DNA from: Tetramitus jugosus
Lineage: Eukaryota; Protista; Heterolobosea
Assembly (NCBI GenBank): GCA_937625935.1
Contig: OW569351.1
Coordinates: forward strand, 62,001-126,000
Direction of reading: 5' to 3'
Length of the DNA stretch: 64,000 nt
Position numbers and translations under genes: made by a program. Within the stretch, counting starts at the first letter, position 1. Each line of letters starts with the position of its first letter. Positions 18,734-30,776 of this stretch are shown piece by piece. Below the pieces are notes generated by a model that worked only from the letters and a program-made list of their open reading frames with translations, ran no database searches and had not been told where the DNA came from.

Positions 18734-21700
18734 TTACTTCTTATTGCCCTTTTCTTCTTCAGACCACCAATTCTCAAATGCGTGAATCGAATGTTCAGAT
18801 CCCAATAGCTCTGAAATTGCCAACACGAGTGAATTCTCTTCTTGCAGTTCTTCTTCGGTCACTTCTGACTCGGATTTGTGTTGGCGCTCAATCAGGCGCT
18901 CCAGATACATGCTGACCTTAATTCGCAACTGATCCATCAGTACTGCAATTTCTTTTTCCACTCTAAATTTGATCCATTTGTCTACAGTCAATTGGCGAGA
19001 ATCCTTATCGTAACTTAGTTGACCGCCAAAGAGCATGAGTGAGTAAGGGGTGACCATTGTGGCATCCCTAATAAATAACTTACTGGTTCTGACCTTTTCT
19101 AGATAGACCAAATATTTGTTTTCGAATAGTGAGTCTTGGAACAGAACTGAAGATGGATGGAGACTCACCGCACCGTTGCTCGGCGTGAAAACTCTTGCTT
19201 CATTGTCTTTCTCTGTAATGAGTGCCACATTAGGATACAATCCAGCCACTAGACATGCTTTGACCATTGCAAGATTATGCGAGTTCTGGTTGCATTGAGG
19301 GTCAAGCTCATGCTCCTTGTATTGATTTTTGTGCCATCGAGTGATCTTGATGAATCCAATTTCTGCTAACAACTCCACAAATTGTTTCTTTCTCTGACTA
19401 ATCTGTAGGAAAGCATTATTAGATAGATAATTCACATTACAGAACACTCGCTCCTTCTTATCACTCATAGCCTGTGTCCACTTATGATATGCCTTCAACA
19501 AGCTCAAATGATCCGATTTTTCAACGCAGAGTTTCTGATGTGCTCTGCGCGCTTCCTCTCTTTGATTAATTGGAGAGAGGAATGGAGATTGATTACCCAT
19601 GCTAGCTGCAATTGTTAGTACAGGATCTAAACAATGGAGCATCGCTGCATATAACATCATCTTAGCAAGTTGTACATCAATTGGTATTTTTGATAAGTGA
19701 GCACCAAGCGGCGTCAACTCCTCATTACTGTCCAGCGCTCGAAGCATTACCAACGAATTCACCGAGGATTTGATGGATGATGAGCTTGGAGGCTCTACGG
19801 CCTTCGAGAGAACATGTTCAATTGAGCCAGTCATCTTTAATGCCTTGATTCGAAGACACAATGACTCTAGAGATACTCTGAATATTTCAGGTAATTGCTG
19901 GTCCTTGAATCGAGTCTCGTACCTAAACTTTGTATACAGGTTGTATGCCTTACCGGGCCTCACTCTTCCAGCTCTACCTCTGCGTTGAAGAGAATTTGCC
20001 CGTGAGATCCAACACTCTACAAGAGAAGACATCCGACTTTGAGCAGAGTACTGTGTCTGTTTCATTTTTCCAGAATCGATTACTACCGTACAATCGTCAA
20101 TGGTGATAGATGTTTCTGCAATGTTCGTGGAAATGATGATCTTTCGGCAACCAGGCTTTGGAACTTCAAACACTCTTTGTTGATTCTGAGTGGACAGCGA
20201 AGAATGCAACGGTAGAATCATAAATTTGCTACTGTTCTTGAATGGATCTTCTGCCATCATCATATTGTATAATTGAGTGATCTCAGATATACCTGGCAAG
20301 AATATTAAGACGCTTCCCAAATCTTCCCTGTCATTCTTAACAATATAATTAAGTAGCCTCATTATTAGCTCATAGTTGATAATCTTCTCATCAATGGAAG
20401 AAAGAGTATTGAGCGTGCGTTCACTGTACTTTTTAGCGTCATACACTTTCGCGCTTTGATCTTCGAATTCCTGCTTCTGGCGTTGTTGATTTTTGGTTCG
20501 TGCGTTGGGTGAATTCGCGGCACAAACATATCCAGTAGCTTCTATCACATCCTCCAAATAATATGATTCGATAGGGTATGTTCTACCAGGTATGTATAAT
20601 GTCTCACAATCATTAAAGTAATCAGAAAATAGCTCAGCATTCATCGTGGCTGACATCAATATCACCTTGATATCTCTTCGTTGCTTCAAGAGTTGTTTCA
20701 AAACGATCAATAAAAAGTCAGAATCCAGCGATCTTTCATGAACTTCATCTACTATAATGTGAGTGACGTGAGAAACACTCGGATCATTTTCAACCATTCT
20801 CAAAAGAACTCCAGTCGTGCAGAAGAGAAGCTTTGTCGAACTGCTCCGTTTTGATTCTAATTGGATTGAATAACCAATGCTTCCACCAATCGCTTCATCA
20901 CGTTCTGCTGCGACTCTCTCAGCGACACCAATAGCAGAAATTCGTCTTGGTTGTGTACAAATGATATTGCATCCAGCACCACTTTTACTCAGTAGCATAT
21001 CATCCAGAATAAACTGGGGAATTTGAGTTGTCTTACCAGCACCGGTGTCTGCTGTTATCAAAACAACTTGATTCTTATGAATAGCCTCCAAAATCTCATC
21101 ACGATACTCAAAAACAGGCAATTGTCCTCGGACTCGTTGCATTCTTTGATAACCTTCAGATTTTCTCTTCTCCATAAAGGAAGACAGTAATTGTTCACTC
21201 AATTTTGTCAATTCTTCCTTTGAGAGCTTTCGATCACTTGACTCAACAACATTCTTGGATCGAATAATTGGTTTCTTTCCCTTCTTCTTCCTATCCTGAC
21301 GAACAGCTGGTGCAATACTCTCTTCTTTCTCCGGAACCTTGCTTTCGATTAGTTGTTGTGATTCAACCAAGTTCTTGCCTTGCTCTCTCCACTCTCCTAT
21401 TTTCTCTGCGATGTTAAACTGTATCCACGTGTACATTTGATACATCATTGACGTTCCAATAAGCTGGTTTGCCTCGGTTTTTAATTGTTTTAGCAAGTAT
21501 CTCTTTGCTCCAATGGGTATGTGATCGTTCTCAATAACAAATATAGGGGTTTGTTGTGGATAGGCGCATGATTCTGGAATATATATGTGGAGATACGTCT
21601 TATGATCACGCAAATAATCGATATCATTGCCATGGCACTCCAGTTCGACAGAAAAGAAGGTTAGTGATTCGTTGTGCGTCAATCGTTGAGAGTCCTCGTC

Positions 21701-22450
21701 AAACATGGACTGCATCACCAACAACTCTTCTTCCAAAAGTTCAGTCCGCGATTGATGCGAATGATGTTCGTCATGATCCTCTGTAGCAGTTTCTTCTGAC
21801 GTGTCATCCAACACCATATTCTTCCACATGTATTCCAAACAATCCATCTTCACAGCATCAGTATCGTCACTTTCATTCGTATCAAACAAATTCAACACTG
21901 TTGTCACATCATCTCTCTCAAATCCATAGTGCATCAACGCTTTAAATAATTCAACATTTGATATACTATCATCAGCTTCCAACTCTGCCATAATTCCATC
22001 TTCTTCATTCTGCTGATCCACATTCTCAGAGAGTTTTTCTTCAAGTGATGATAGTTTTTTCTGAGAAGAATTACGAATGATCGTGTATGTGAACCTTTCT
22101 AGATCATCAAACTCACTCTTTATATCATCTGCATGGATCAACTCTCGAATCATCACTTGATTCTTGAATGCCATTTTGACTTGTTCAACGTTTCGAACAT
22201 TGGAAAGCTCTTGATCAATAATGGCCTTGGTGTCATTGGTAGGGACAGCAGACTCTAGTTGAATTTTGACGCCACCTGTAGCTGCATTTTCCACATGTCC
22301 ATGAAGTCGCTTCTCAGCCTTTTTCTGATAATTCTCTGATTGTTTAATTTCTGTTTTGGACTTTTTGTGCTTGTCATTCGTACGATTCTTCTTTTGACTC
22401 TTTTTGGAATGATTACTTCGGCTGCTTGCCTTGAGAGACTTTTTGGTCAT
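18734..22450 (-). CDS. DEAH-box RNA helicase with RWD domain (DHX57/DHX29/DHX36 group, DHX57-like)
   Basis: GAGKTTQ, TQPRRISA, DEVH, SAT, TNIAETSITI, QRRGRAGR, HA2/OB C-terminus, RWD-like YP motif upstream. Confidence 0.92.
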   Translation of the reverse strand: MTKKSLKASSRSNHSKKSQKKNRTNDKHKKSKTEIKQSENYQKKAEKRLHGHVENAATGGVKIQLESAVPTNDTKAIIDQELSNVRNVEQVKMAFKNQVMIRELIHADDIKSEFDDLERFTYTIIRNSSQKKLSSLEEKLSENVDQQNEEDGIMAELEADDSISNVELFKALMHYGFERDDVTTVLNLFDTNESDDTDAVKMDCLEYMWKNMVLDDTSEETATEDHDEHHSHQSRTELLEEELLVMQSMFDEDSQRLTHNESLTFFSVELECHGNDIDYLRDHKTYLHIYIPESCAYPQQTPIFVIENDHIPIGAKRYLLKQLKTEANQLIGTSMMYQMYTWIQFNIAEKIGEWREQGKNLVESQQLIESKVPEKEESIAPAVRQDRKKKGKKPIIRSKNVVESSDRKLSKEELTKLSEQLLSSFMEKRKSEGYQRMQRVRGQLPVFEYRDEILEAIHKNQVVLITADTGAGKTTQIPQFILDDMLLSKSGAGCNIICTQPRRISAIGVAERVAAERDEAIGGSIGYSIQLESKRSSSTKLLFCTTGVLLRMVENDPSVSHVTHIIVDEVHERSLDSDFLLIVLKQLLKQRRDIKVILMSATMNAELFSDYFNDCETLYIPGRTYPIESYYLEDVIEATGYVCAANSPNARTKNQQRQKQEFEDQSAKVYDAKKYSERTLNTLSSIDEKIINYELIMRLLNYIVKNDREDLGSVLIFLPGISEITQLYNMMMAEDPFKNSSKFMILPLHSSLSTQNQQRVFEVPKPGCRKIIISTNIAETSITIDDCTVVIDSGKMKQTQYSAQSRMSSLVECWISRANSLQRRGRAGRVRPGKAYNLYTKFRYETRFKDQQLPEIFRVSLESLCLRIKALKMTGSIEHVLSKAVEPPSSSSIKSSVNSLVMLRALDSNEELTPLGAHLSKIPIDVQLAKMMLYAAMLHCLDPVLTIAASMGNQSPFLSPINQREEARRAHQKLCVEKSDHLSLLKAYHKWTQAMSDKKERVFCNVNYLSNNAFLQISQRKKQFVELLAEIGFIKITRWHKNQYKEHELDPQCNQNSHNLAMVKACLVAGLYPNVALITEKDNEARVFTPSNGAVSLHPSSVLFQDSLFENKYLVYLEKVRTSKLFIRDATMVTPYSLMLFGGQLSYDKDSRQLTVDKWIKFRVEKEIAVLMDQLRIKVSMYLERLIERQHKSESEVTEEELQEENSLVLAISELLGSEHSIHAFENWWSEEEKGNKK

Positions 22451-23064
22451 CTTGTTCAAATTGTTGGGCTACTTCGTCGTTTGTGTTGCTCGAGGAATCA
22501 AAAATTTTTGATCTCTCTGTCGGGAATGCAAAAAAAGGCGGGAAAGTGAAATTGAATGGTTTTATTTCCCTACATCGAATCGATAAAATTGACGAAGTGC
22601 ATCTTGGTTTCCATGGTCGAATGCGAAGAATCGACTGTCTCAGTTCCCGAGGTCCAGCAACTCTTTGACCGTTGCCCCGCGTCCCAATTCTAAAAAGGAG
22701 ATACCCGCACGTTAGCCGGACATGACATGCCCATTGATAGCCATACCCCCACCCGCTTACAGTAACGTTTTTTAAAAAATCGAAGGAACGCTCGTATACC
22801 TCGCATCATACGAGCCTTCTGATCCAAAAACCAACCTATTGTCCTTTTTATCGATAGTGAACTTGCAAACAGAGAGTACCACTCATCACACGCACAAGAA
22901 AACAAATTCTCTCCAAAAAGCAGCCATCATCTGAGTTCTTCTTGTTCACACACAAAGATTCCTTCCATGGAAAACCCCTTCACAAACGCACACATCATCC
23001 CAAAACAAACAAAACAAACAAAACAACAACAACCAACAACTAACCACCACCACCAGTATTCAAT

Positions 23065-25122
23065 ATGGCCATTTCGCCCATATTATCATCGACACCCGTC
23101 TCATCTGTGAGTAGCAACAACAACAGCAAATCATCATCATCACACAGTATGATCACTGGCCGTAAACTTTTTTTGATTGTGCTTGCACTGGTCGTTGTAG
23201 GACACTTTACTCTCATGTACATTTACAAAAGGCACAGTGAAAAAAATTTTTTGTCGCAATTGGATGACAATTTTGCTCATGCTGATGAGCGCACTCATTT
23301 ACAAATGCCCTTTCGCACAACCAACGCCATTGTAGAGAACAATGATCATAACAACAACAACAACAATATTAACAAAAATAATCAAGAAGCTGCAAATCCC
23401 AAAAAAACAAGAGAGGAACAAGCTCAAATCACGAGACATGAAAATTGGAAGCAATTGATTGCACAGGAAGAAGCAGAGCTCTCCAAAAAGATTGAAGAGC
23501 TAAAAGCGCTCAAGGAACAGGAACAATCAGAGTTGCAAACATTAAAGGAAGAAAAGAATCGCATCTCTGCTGACAATAAGGCAGCACAGGCGACGACCAC
23601 AACAACTTTAACGCCACTCTCTACTCCTGATGCTCCAACAACAGTTGTTGCTGCTGTTCCTGTGTTGACTGGTATTAATGCCATCATGAGTGCTGAAGAT
23701 GCTCATGCAGTGGAGACTGGTGTGTCACTTCAGACTCAGCCTCCACTGGAGTCAAACTCGATCATTATGCCATCGAGTAACGATGAAATACAGACCAAGC
23801 AATTGTTTGTGATACCCGTGTATGATCAACAATCCATGGACGAAGCAGCCAAATTTGCAGTCTGTCTCCAAAATTTCATGAGCACCAAGACTTATGAAGA
23901 ACAATCGGAGATTATTCCAATCATCTATACGATTGACATTGATAGAAAGCACATGAAGGAGATGGAGAATTGGAGGTATTTTGATTTGGTGAATTTGCCA
24001 ATGGATCGTATCATCTCCAATGCACTGAGTGCCTCTCCAATGAACAAGCGTGTGATTCAACAGTACATTCTGAGACACTTGTACAAGCGATTCAGAATTA
24101 CAAAGAAGAAGAAGACTGAACTCATTGTTTTCCCATACAGAGTCGCAAATAAGAAGGATCTGTTTGATTTGCCTGCCATTGGTTCCCTGTTGAACATTGA
24201 GAGCCAATGTGCTGGGCCTATTATGCAAAAAAAGTTTGCATTGGTCGTTCCGTTCCCTCGTGTGCAAATTGCTGAAGTGTTGGAGCAATTGAAGCGGTGG
24301 GGTCATCACAAGCCATGTGTCGGAAGACCAAAGATTTACGGTGAAAAGACGGATTTGATCTTCTATTATCACACCACAAAGTTCCCTCATTTGGAAGATA
24401 TCATCCTGAGACAGTTGAGTTCCAATGGAAAATCCAATGGTCCATTGAGATCCGAATTGTACTGCTTCAATCCAAAGATTACCTTTAGATATACGAATCT
24501 GCTGCCAGAGGAAGATAGTTATCCAAGCTCTGCAAATCGTATGTTCTACAGATTAATGTTTGATAACACTGTGTACACGCAGTACAGATATCACTTTTAT
24601 GCCGAACCGGACACTTTCCCTATCCGTGATGGATGGTTGACAAGAATATTGGATCAAGCATATGTTCCTGATACTCCATGGTGGGTAAGTGGATCTATTT
24701 ATCGAGGAAAAGTCGCTTTTGCCAACAGGGATGGAAAATCACAGGATGATCCAACTGGAGGTGATTTGGGATCACTTGAGATGAATATTCATGTCAATGG
24801 TAACGCACTCTACAGTTTCAGCAGCGATTTCAGAGAGTTTGTTACGATGATGTTGAACGATAACTATGATTATGCTGCATACGACTTGGCATTTACTCAA
24901 TTCTTGTTCCGATATGGATGGAGACTGACGCGTAAAGTGTGGCACCACTTTTTGTTCAGCGATTTTATCTTGAATATGTGGAAGACAGATTGGACCGAAC
25001 AACAAATCATTTGGGACTCCCCCAACACCTATCTCGTTCACAGCAAACAGATCAAGGAAGACGCTTTCAAGAAGAAGGAAGTTGCAGTCCCAGCACAAAA
25101 ACAACCAGAAACCGTGCCTTGA
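23065..25122 (+). CDS. Type II membrane protein, putative Golgi glycosyltransferase
   Basis: Short cytoplasmic tail, TM helix, coiled/Thr-rich stem, C-terminal globular domain with EPD (DxD-like) and HVNGNALY. Confidence 0.55.
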   Translation: MAISPILSSTPVSSVSSNNNSKSSSSHSMITGRKLFLIVLALVVVGHFTLMYIYKRHSEKNFLSQLDDNFAHADERTHLQMPFRTTNAIVENNDHNNNNNNINKNNQEAANPKKTREEQAQITRHENWKQLIAQEEAELSKKIEELKALKEQEQSELQTLKEEKNRISADNKAAQATTTTTLTPLSTPDAPTTVVAAVPVLTGINAIMSAEDAHAVETGVSLQTQPPLESNSIIMPSSNDEIQTKQLFVIPVYDQQSMDEAAKFAVCLQNFMSTKTYEEQSEIIPIIYTIDIDRKHMKEMENWRYFDLVNLPMDRIISNALSASPMNKRVIQQYILRHLYKRFRITKKKKTELIVFPYRVANKKDLFDLPAIGSLLNIESQCAGPIMQKKFALVVPFPRVQIAEVLEQLKRWGHHKPCVGRPKIYGEKTDLIFYYHTTKFPHLEDIILRQLSSNGKSNGPLRSELYCFNPKITFRYTNLLPEEDSYPSSANRMFYRLMFDNTVYTQYRYHFYAEPDTFPIRDGWLTRILDQAYVPDTPWWVSGSIYRGKVAFANRDGKSQDDPTGGDLGSLEMNIHVNGNALYSFSSDFREFVTMMLNDNYDYAAYDLAFTQFLFRYGWRLTRKVWHHFLFSDFILNMWKTDWTEQQIIWDSPNTYLVHSKQIKEDAFKKKEVAVPAQKQPETVP

Positions 25123-25463
25123 TTGAATACTGAAAGGTTTGGTTCAATTAATCGGGATCACACTCTACGACCGATGGGCAAATGAAAGAGCTCTCAATAA
25201 TGGTCTTTGACAAACTTGTCATAGTTCTCCTTGTCGGCACTGGCAACTAAACATCACTTTATTACCAATCAAGCAACGCTTGTTTTGCATTCCAATGGTC
25301 AATGCTCATTTTCATGGTCCTTACACATAAAACAATTTCTGACAGTATTATTATACCATTGTTCCTTGTGATCATGTGTTTTGTAAACTCTCCGAACGAT
25401 TCTTTTTGTTTTGAACACAAATACAAACAGTTCAACTTTTTCTCGTATGTCAACTGTGAAATC

Positions 25464-26489
25464 ATGAGACGCAAGACCTACAAGAAACATCTTAACCAAG
25501 GATCACCCTCCCTTATCGTTAATCATGAGATCAACAAAAACGAGAGAGAGAAGAGTGAAGATCGGTTGAGTGCACTATCACCGACGCCACAAGAACAACT
25601 AATCAAATTCTATAAGAGTACTCCAAATGAATTCCACACATTACCACAGCATGTGCCTGAGCCCTATATCATGTCATCATACCGAGTCAACTTGACATTC
25701 AAGGAAGCACTATTCAGCTTGTTTTCATTGCACAATGAAACGATGAACATTTGGACCTCTCTAATATCTATGATCACATTCTCCATACTGCTCTATCGAG
25801 TTTGTTATGTGTGGGAGATGGATGATCCATATCATAGATTAAGTTACGTTGTGTTCTGTCTTGGTGCCGTCTATACCTATGGAGCATCTACTATCTACCA
25901 CTGGTTCAATTGCATTTCATTTGGACATCATCAGACGTTGTTGAGGATCGATGTTTCGGGCATTGGAATGTTAATTCTGGGATGCTTCTATCCTCCCATC
26001 TACTACTCATTCCACTGTCATCCCTATTGGGGTTTATTCTACATTGTGGCGGCTACAGTAGGATGCATCGTTGCCAGTGTAATATTCTTGATACCAAAGT
26101 ATACAACGGACACTTACCGATTCTTCCGTATTTGCATATTCGTATGCATTTGCAGCATTGCTATTCTCCCAACGATTCATCTGTTTATGATCTATGGCAT
26201 AGAGAATGCAATGTTTATTGAGACATCATCTGGAGTCGCTCAAACAGCTGCCATGTGTGCCATAGGACTGTTGTTCTATGCAACAAAGATACCAGAGAGA
26301 TTCTACCCCGGTCGGTTCGACATTGCCCTACATAGTCACCAGTTTTGGCACTCAACAATCTTTGTTGCCATGCTCGTTCATCTAAGGAACATGCTGCGAG
26401 TGATGGCCACTTTTGACACTCATCCATGCTATGGCATGAAGGGTTCATTCTACGTTGACGATGCTCCCTCACACTTCCATTCCAGCTGA
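25464..26489 (+). CDS. PAQR / adiponectin-receptor (HlyIII) family 7TM protein
   Basis: SLFSLHNETMNIWT, STIYH, RIDVSGI, KIPERFYPGRFD, SHQFWH. Confidence 0.95.
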   Translation: MRRKTYKKHLNQGSPSLIVNHEINKNEREKSEDRLSALSPTPQEQLIKFYKSTPNEFHTLPQHVPEPYIMSSYRVNLTFKEALFSLFSLHNETMNIWTSLISMITFSILLYRVCYVWEMDDPYHRLSYVVFCLGAVYTYGASTIYHWFNCISFGHHQTLLRIDVSGIGMLILGCFYPPIYYSFHCHPYWGLFYIVAATVGCIVASVIFLIPKYTTDTYRFFRICIFVCICSIAILPTIHLFMIYGIENAMFIETSSGVAQTAAMCAIGLLFYATKIPERFYPGRFDIALHSHQFWHSTIFVAMLVHLRNMLRVMATFDTHPCYGMKGSFYVDDAPSHFHSS

Positions 26490-26642
26490 CTGACACACAG
26501 ATGTGTGCAATTTCAAGGCTGCCTGAATGGACGTAACGGTCAAAATCTAAAACTTTCACAAAAATAAACCAGGTTGTCGCAAAAACACACAAAAGGCGAC
26601 AAAAAATTTGCACAAAGCACACAATTACCACCTTGAACGAGA

Positions 26643-28799
26643 ATGCCAACCTACTGCGAGCAATGCGAGGTTGAAGTGGAGCCAGCCTATGAAGTCAACG
26701 GTGTTTTCTGCTCTGTTTGTGGTACTGTCTTAGAGGCTCAAATATACGACAATTCAAGTATGTGTTTTTTTTGACGGTTTTTTTCTTCTGCGTAATGAGA
26801 AAAAGCTTATGAACAATGATTGGTTTTTTAGCTACTTTTATGAGCTCTGGCAGTGGAGCTGTGGCTGTAGGTACCATTACGAGTGGCACAGGTGATAATT
26901 TGTTGAGGGACCTTCCTGGTGGTGTGACGAACTCTAGAGAAGTCACTATTGGAAGAGCCAAGAGAAGAATTCAGGGATTGGCAGGTCGCTTGAACCTACC
27001 AGACTACATTTCTGAGCATGCACTCAACGTCTATAAAATGGCGCTTCAGTACGGCCTCACAAAGTATGTTTTTAACATGTTGAGTGCTGTTTTTTTTTGT
27101 TCTTCTTGTTTAACACTTTTTGTGTTTTCATAGAGGTCGAAAGGGAAGACATATTGCCGCTGCCTGTCTCTACATTGCCTGTCGAGCTAAAAAAACTCCG
27201 CATATGCTCATTGATTTCTCCGAGGCCCTCGAAGAAGATGTGTTTATCATTGGTCATTGCTTCATGAAATTGACACAAAAATTGAACCTTCCGTTGCCCA
27301 TTTGTGAACCATTCTTTTATGTGAGACGTTTTTGCTCTCAATTGGAATTTGAAGAAAAGTATAACACTGTGGTGAACACTGCACTTCATCTCGTGTCTGC
27401 CATGAAGAGAGATTGGATGCAAACTGGACGTAGACCTGCTGGAATCTGTGCTGCAGCCATTTTGATCTCTGCGCGTGTTCACGGATTCCGGAGATCACAG
27501 GAAGAAGTGGTCCAGGTTGCTAGAATCTGTGGAGCGACATTGGCAAAGAGATTGCAGGAGTTTGATCAGACAGAGGCAGCCCAGATGACTCCTGAGGAGT
27601 TTCATCAGCATGCTGAAGCACTCGAACTGGGAAAGATTGATTACAGAACGGTCAGTCAAGCTGTCCCACCTGCCTTCCAGAGATCAGAGGAGGCAAAGAG
27701 AAAACAACGATTGTTGGAAGAGATGAAGAAGCGATACAATGAAGAAGAGGAAGGTGAGAATGAAGAGGAAGAGAATTTGACAGAGGAAGAGAGACGACAG
27801 ATTCAAATTCGAGTGGCCAAAGCGAACCGCGTGCCATCATCCTCTACTGCCGAAGCTGTGATTGAAACTGTGAACACTGCTGCAGATGCAGTCAAGGAGT
27901 TATTGACAGATGCATCATCGAGCGAATATGTGAAACCAGATAAGGGGTCATCGAGTGCCAATCATGACGATTCTAATGTAGGTTCAACTCAGACCGGAGA
28001 CGCTACACAGTCCACATCTGATGACACCTTGAATACGAGTATTTCAATGGATGCATTGACTCAATTGCAGGAGATGACGAAAGACAGCGAGATTCAAAGC
28101 TTGGACAAGGATTTTAATCATTCAAACAATAATAATGGTGATTCGTCAGCTGACACGGATGCATCTGTGGTGGTAGCTGCTGCTATGGATCCTTATGCAA
28201 CCATGGACTCGGAATACGACCAAGCATATGAACAATATGACGAACAATATGATGAGCAATATGACGAGAGTGCCTACGTCGAAGAGGCTGTTGATGAAGC
28301 TCATGCCTATTTGTTTGATGATGTTGATGAAGAAGAAATTGAAACTTATCTGGTGACTAATGAGGAAGAGGTCAAGCTAAGAGAAGAAATTTGGGATTCA
28401 CTACATCTTGAATTTTTGCAAATGAGAGAGCAAAAACGGTTAGAGAAGGAACGATTACGTGCAGAGAAAGAGTTCGAGCCCCGAGCACCTAGAAAGAGAA
28501 GGAGAGCTCAAGACGATCAAGCACCTGCCAGATCTGCCGCCGAGGCAGCTGCCTCTCTGTTGAGAGCAAAATTCTCAAGAAGTCATATTCCTGGAATCGA
28601 TTTGGATAATTTGTTCGAAGATGATGCAGCAATGAACAAGCCAAGAGACGTGGATGACAATGGCTACGGCAATCTAGATGTGTCTCATGAACCAGGTGGT
28701 TATGGCGATGATGGAGACTATGAATCGAGTTATAATGAATATGGTGGTGGTGATACTTTCGATCAGCCATACAAGAGATCACGCTATGACACCTATTAA
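26643..28799 (+). CDS. BRF1: TFIIIB subunit Brf1; exons 26643-26757, 26832-27063, 27134-28799 (670 aa)
   Basis: Zn ribbon CEQC...CSVCG, AACLYIACR, MKRDWMQTGRRPAGICAAA, PPAF, acidic C-terminal homology block; two GTATGT...TAG introns restore frame. Confidence 0.95.
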
Positions 28800-28845
28800 C
28801 TGCAATGATGAGTCACACCATATCAAACAATACACTTCGAATGTT

Positions 28846-30639
28846 TTATTGTTGAATGACTGTCATTCTTTGTTGGTTTCTGTTGTTAGTGATGATCTTA
28901 AGCTCACCTTGGCCTGGATGCACCTTCACCTTTTCTGTCTCACAGTATATCTTATCATACCCTCGTACTCTCATCGAAGAGAGCTGCTCACAAGAAGAGG
29001 CATCAACCAACTTCAGATGTGGACATGTCTCTCTCGAAATCTCCAGGCCTGCAAGAGCCATACATCTCTGAACGGACAGAAACTCCAAAGAACCATGCTT
29101 GAGATGAATGTTTGTCAATCCATTACACCCTGCTACTTCCAGACTCTTCAATTTTGGGCATTGGGATAGGATTACTTGGAATGCTTGATCTTCAATAGGT
29201 ACGGAAGAAATGTTGAATTGTTCAAGAGAATTGAGTTGAAGAGTGCCTAAATTGGCAATACCTTCACATTGTTGAACATCTAGTGTCGTTAACGAAGGAC
29301 AGTGATTCACAATGTCACATAGTATATCGCCAGTTATCGATGTACCTTGTAAATGCAAAACTTGAAGAGAAAAAGAATAGATTCTGGGTCGAACAATCGA
29401 TGTTTGATTCAGGTATAGTTGCTTCAAACCTGCACTTGCACAAGTGATCTGATCTATCGAATTATCATTGGCCTCTGTATAACTACAATCAAAACACTCT
29501 GTATCCAACCTCATGAGCTTTCCTTCATCCTCGGAAGAGTCTTGAGATAAGTTGATGTTGCTGAATTTGTAAGCTCTGTTAAAGTTCCACTTAAGTACTT
29601 GAGGGTTGGATCTGATTAAATTTTCAAGTTCTTGTACCACTAAGGCAGTAGCAGAAACATCAATCTCTCTCAGGCGACTACAGCCAGTAATTCTGATCTT
29701 AAAGATATGAATGCACTGAGAAAATGATATGCTCTCCAGTGATGGATGATCAGTGATACGAACATTTTTTAGTCCAATGCAGTAGTTGACATTGAGATGA
29801 GTTAAATTTGGCAGCAGACTCAAAATATCTGCGAGTGCTTGGTCGTACACATTGGTTCTCTGCAAGTCAAGTTGTCTCAATTTTGGAAAGTTAGGAATAG
29901 TAAATTTGGCCAAGTTCTTACAAGAGTTGAGCTTTAACACTGTTAGCGGAGCTTGTGCTTGCATCAAATCATTCAAGCATACTTCGAGATGTCTCTCAAG
30001 TATCATCGACATCCCAAAATCAAGCTCTGTTAACGAACTGCAGCCCTCCAATCTTACTCCAGACAAAGTTGGGCACTTTAAAATCCTCAGCTCTTTTAAT
30101 CGGGGACATGAAAATCGAGGATTGACGAGATTACTGTTTCGGATCTCTATAGTCTGAAATTCATTGGCAAAACTGCGCAGATTTTCTTCCATCAGTATTC
30201 CGAAGTTGTTAAGCACTCTCCAAAATGTTACATTACTTACCGGTCAAAGATTGGTTGTAAATGATCGTCTAATATTCCTGCTCCATTAACAATATCCAGT
30301 TCATACAAGAGATGATATCTGGACAGTAGCACTGCTATGGTCGATGGATCATATGATGCTCGCCCGAAAGCAATGGAATCAAACTGAACACAATGTATGT
30401 AAGAGTACATCAAATTCCACCACCTTTGACAGACTCTACTGCTCGCTAAAAATTGAAAAGGATGAATATTAAGACATGGCAAGAGGTGACTTCAGAATAC
30501 TGAACACACCTATCTGGTTCGTCGTTTCCAAAAAGCTGAAAATCTCTCCCATGATATCATCCGACAATAAGCTAAAATTATTGGCTGAGCTGTATTGATC
30601 GAGCTCAAGCATATCTTCGTCACTCATATCGTCATACAT
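28846..30639 (-). CDS. F-box/leucine-rich-repeat protein; exons 30510-30639, 30241-30445, 28846-30172 (553 aa)
   Basis: Spliced F-box LSDDIMGEIFSFL...SRVCQRW followed by cysteine-containing LRRs. Confidence 0.85.
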
Positions 30640-30776
30640 CCTGTTGGTCGAGAACTAGTTTTTTTATCGTAAATAGCGGACTTTTTGGTTCAATCGGACT
30701 TTTAAATTCATCGTTGTAACTAGAATGGCGGGTTGACTAAGAAAAAAAACAAACACACGCGATTACCCACCCAACA

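Noticed and set aside
26643-28799. Functional link between BRF1 and the nearby tRNA/retroposon
   Set aside because: 11 kb apart with unrelated genes between; proximity is most likely chance
30218-30240. Possible 23-nt mini-intron in the F-box/LRR gene
   Set aside because: GAG acceptor is poor; a CAG acceptor at 30173 in the same phase gives a typical 68-nt intron with a CTGAT branch-like site
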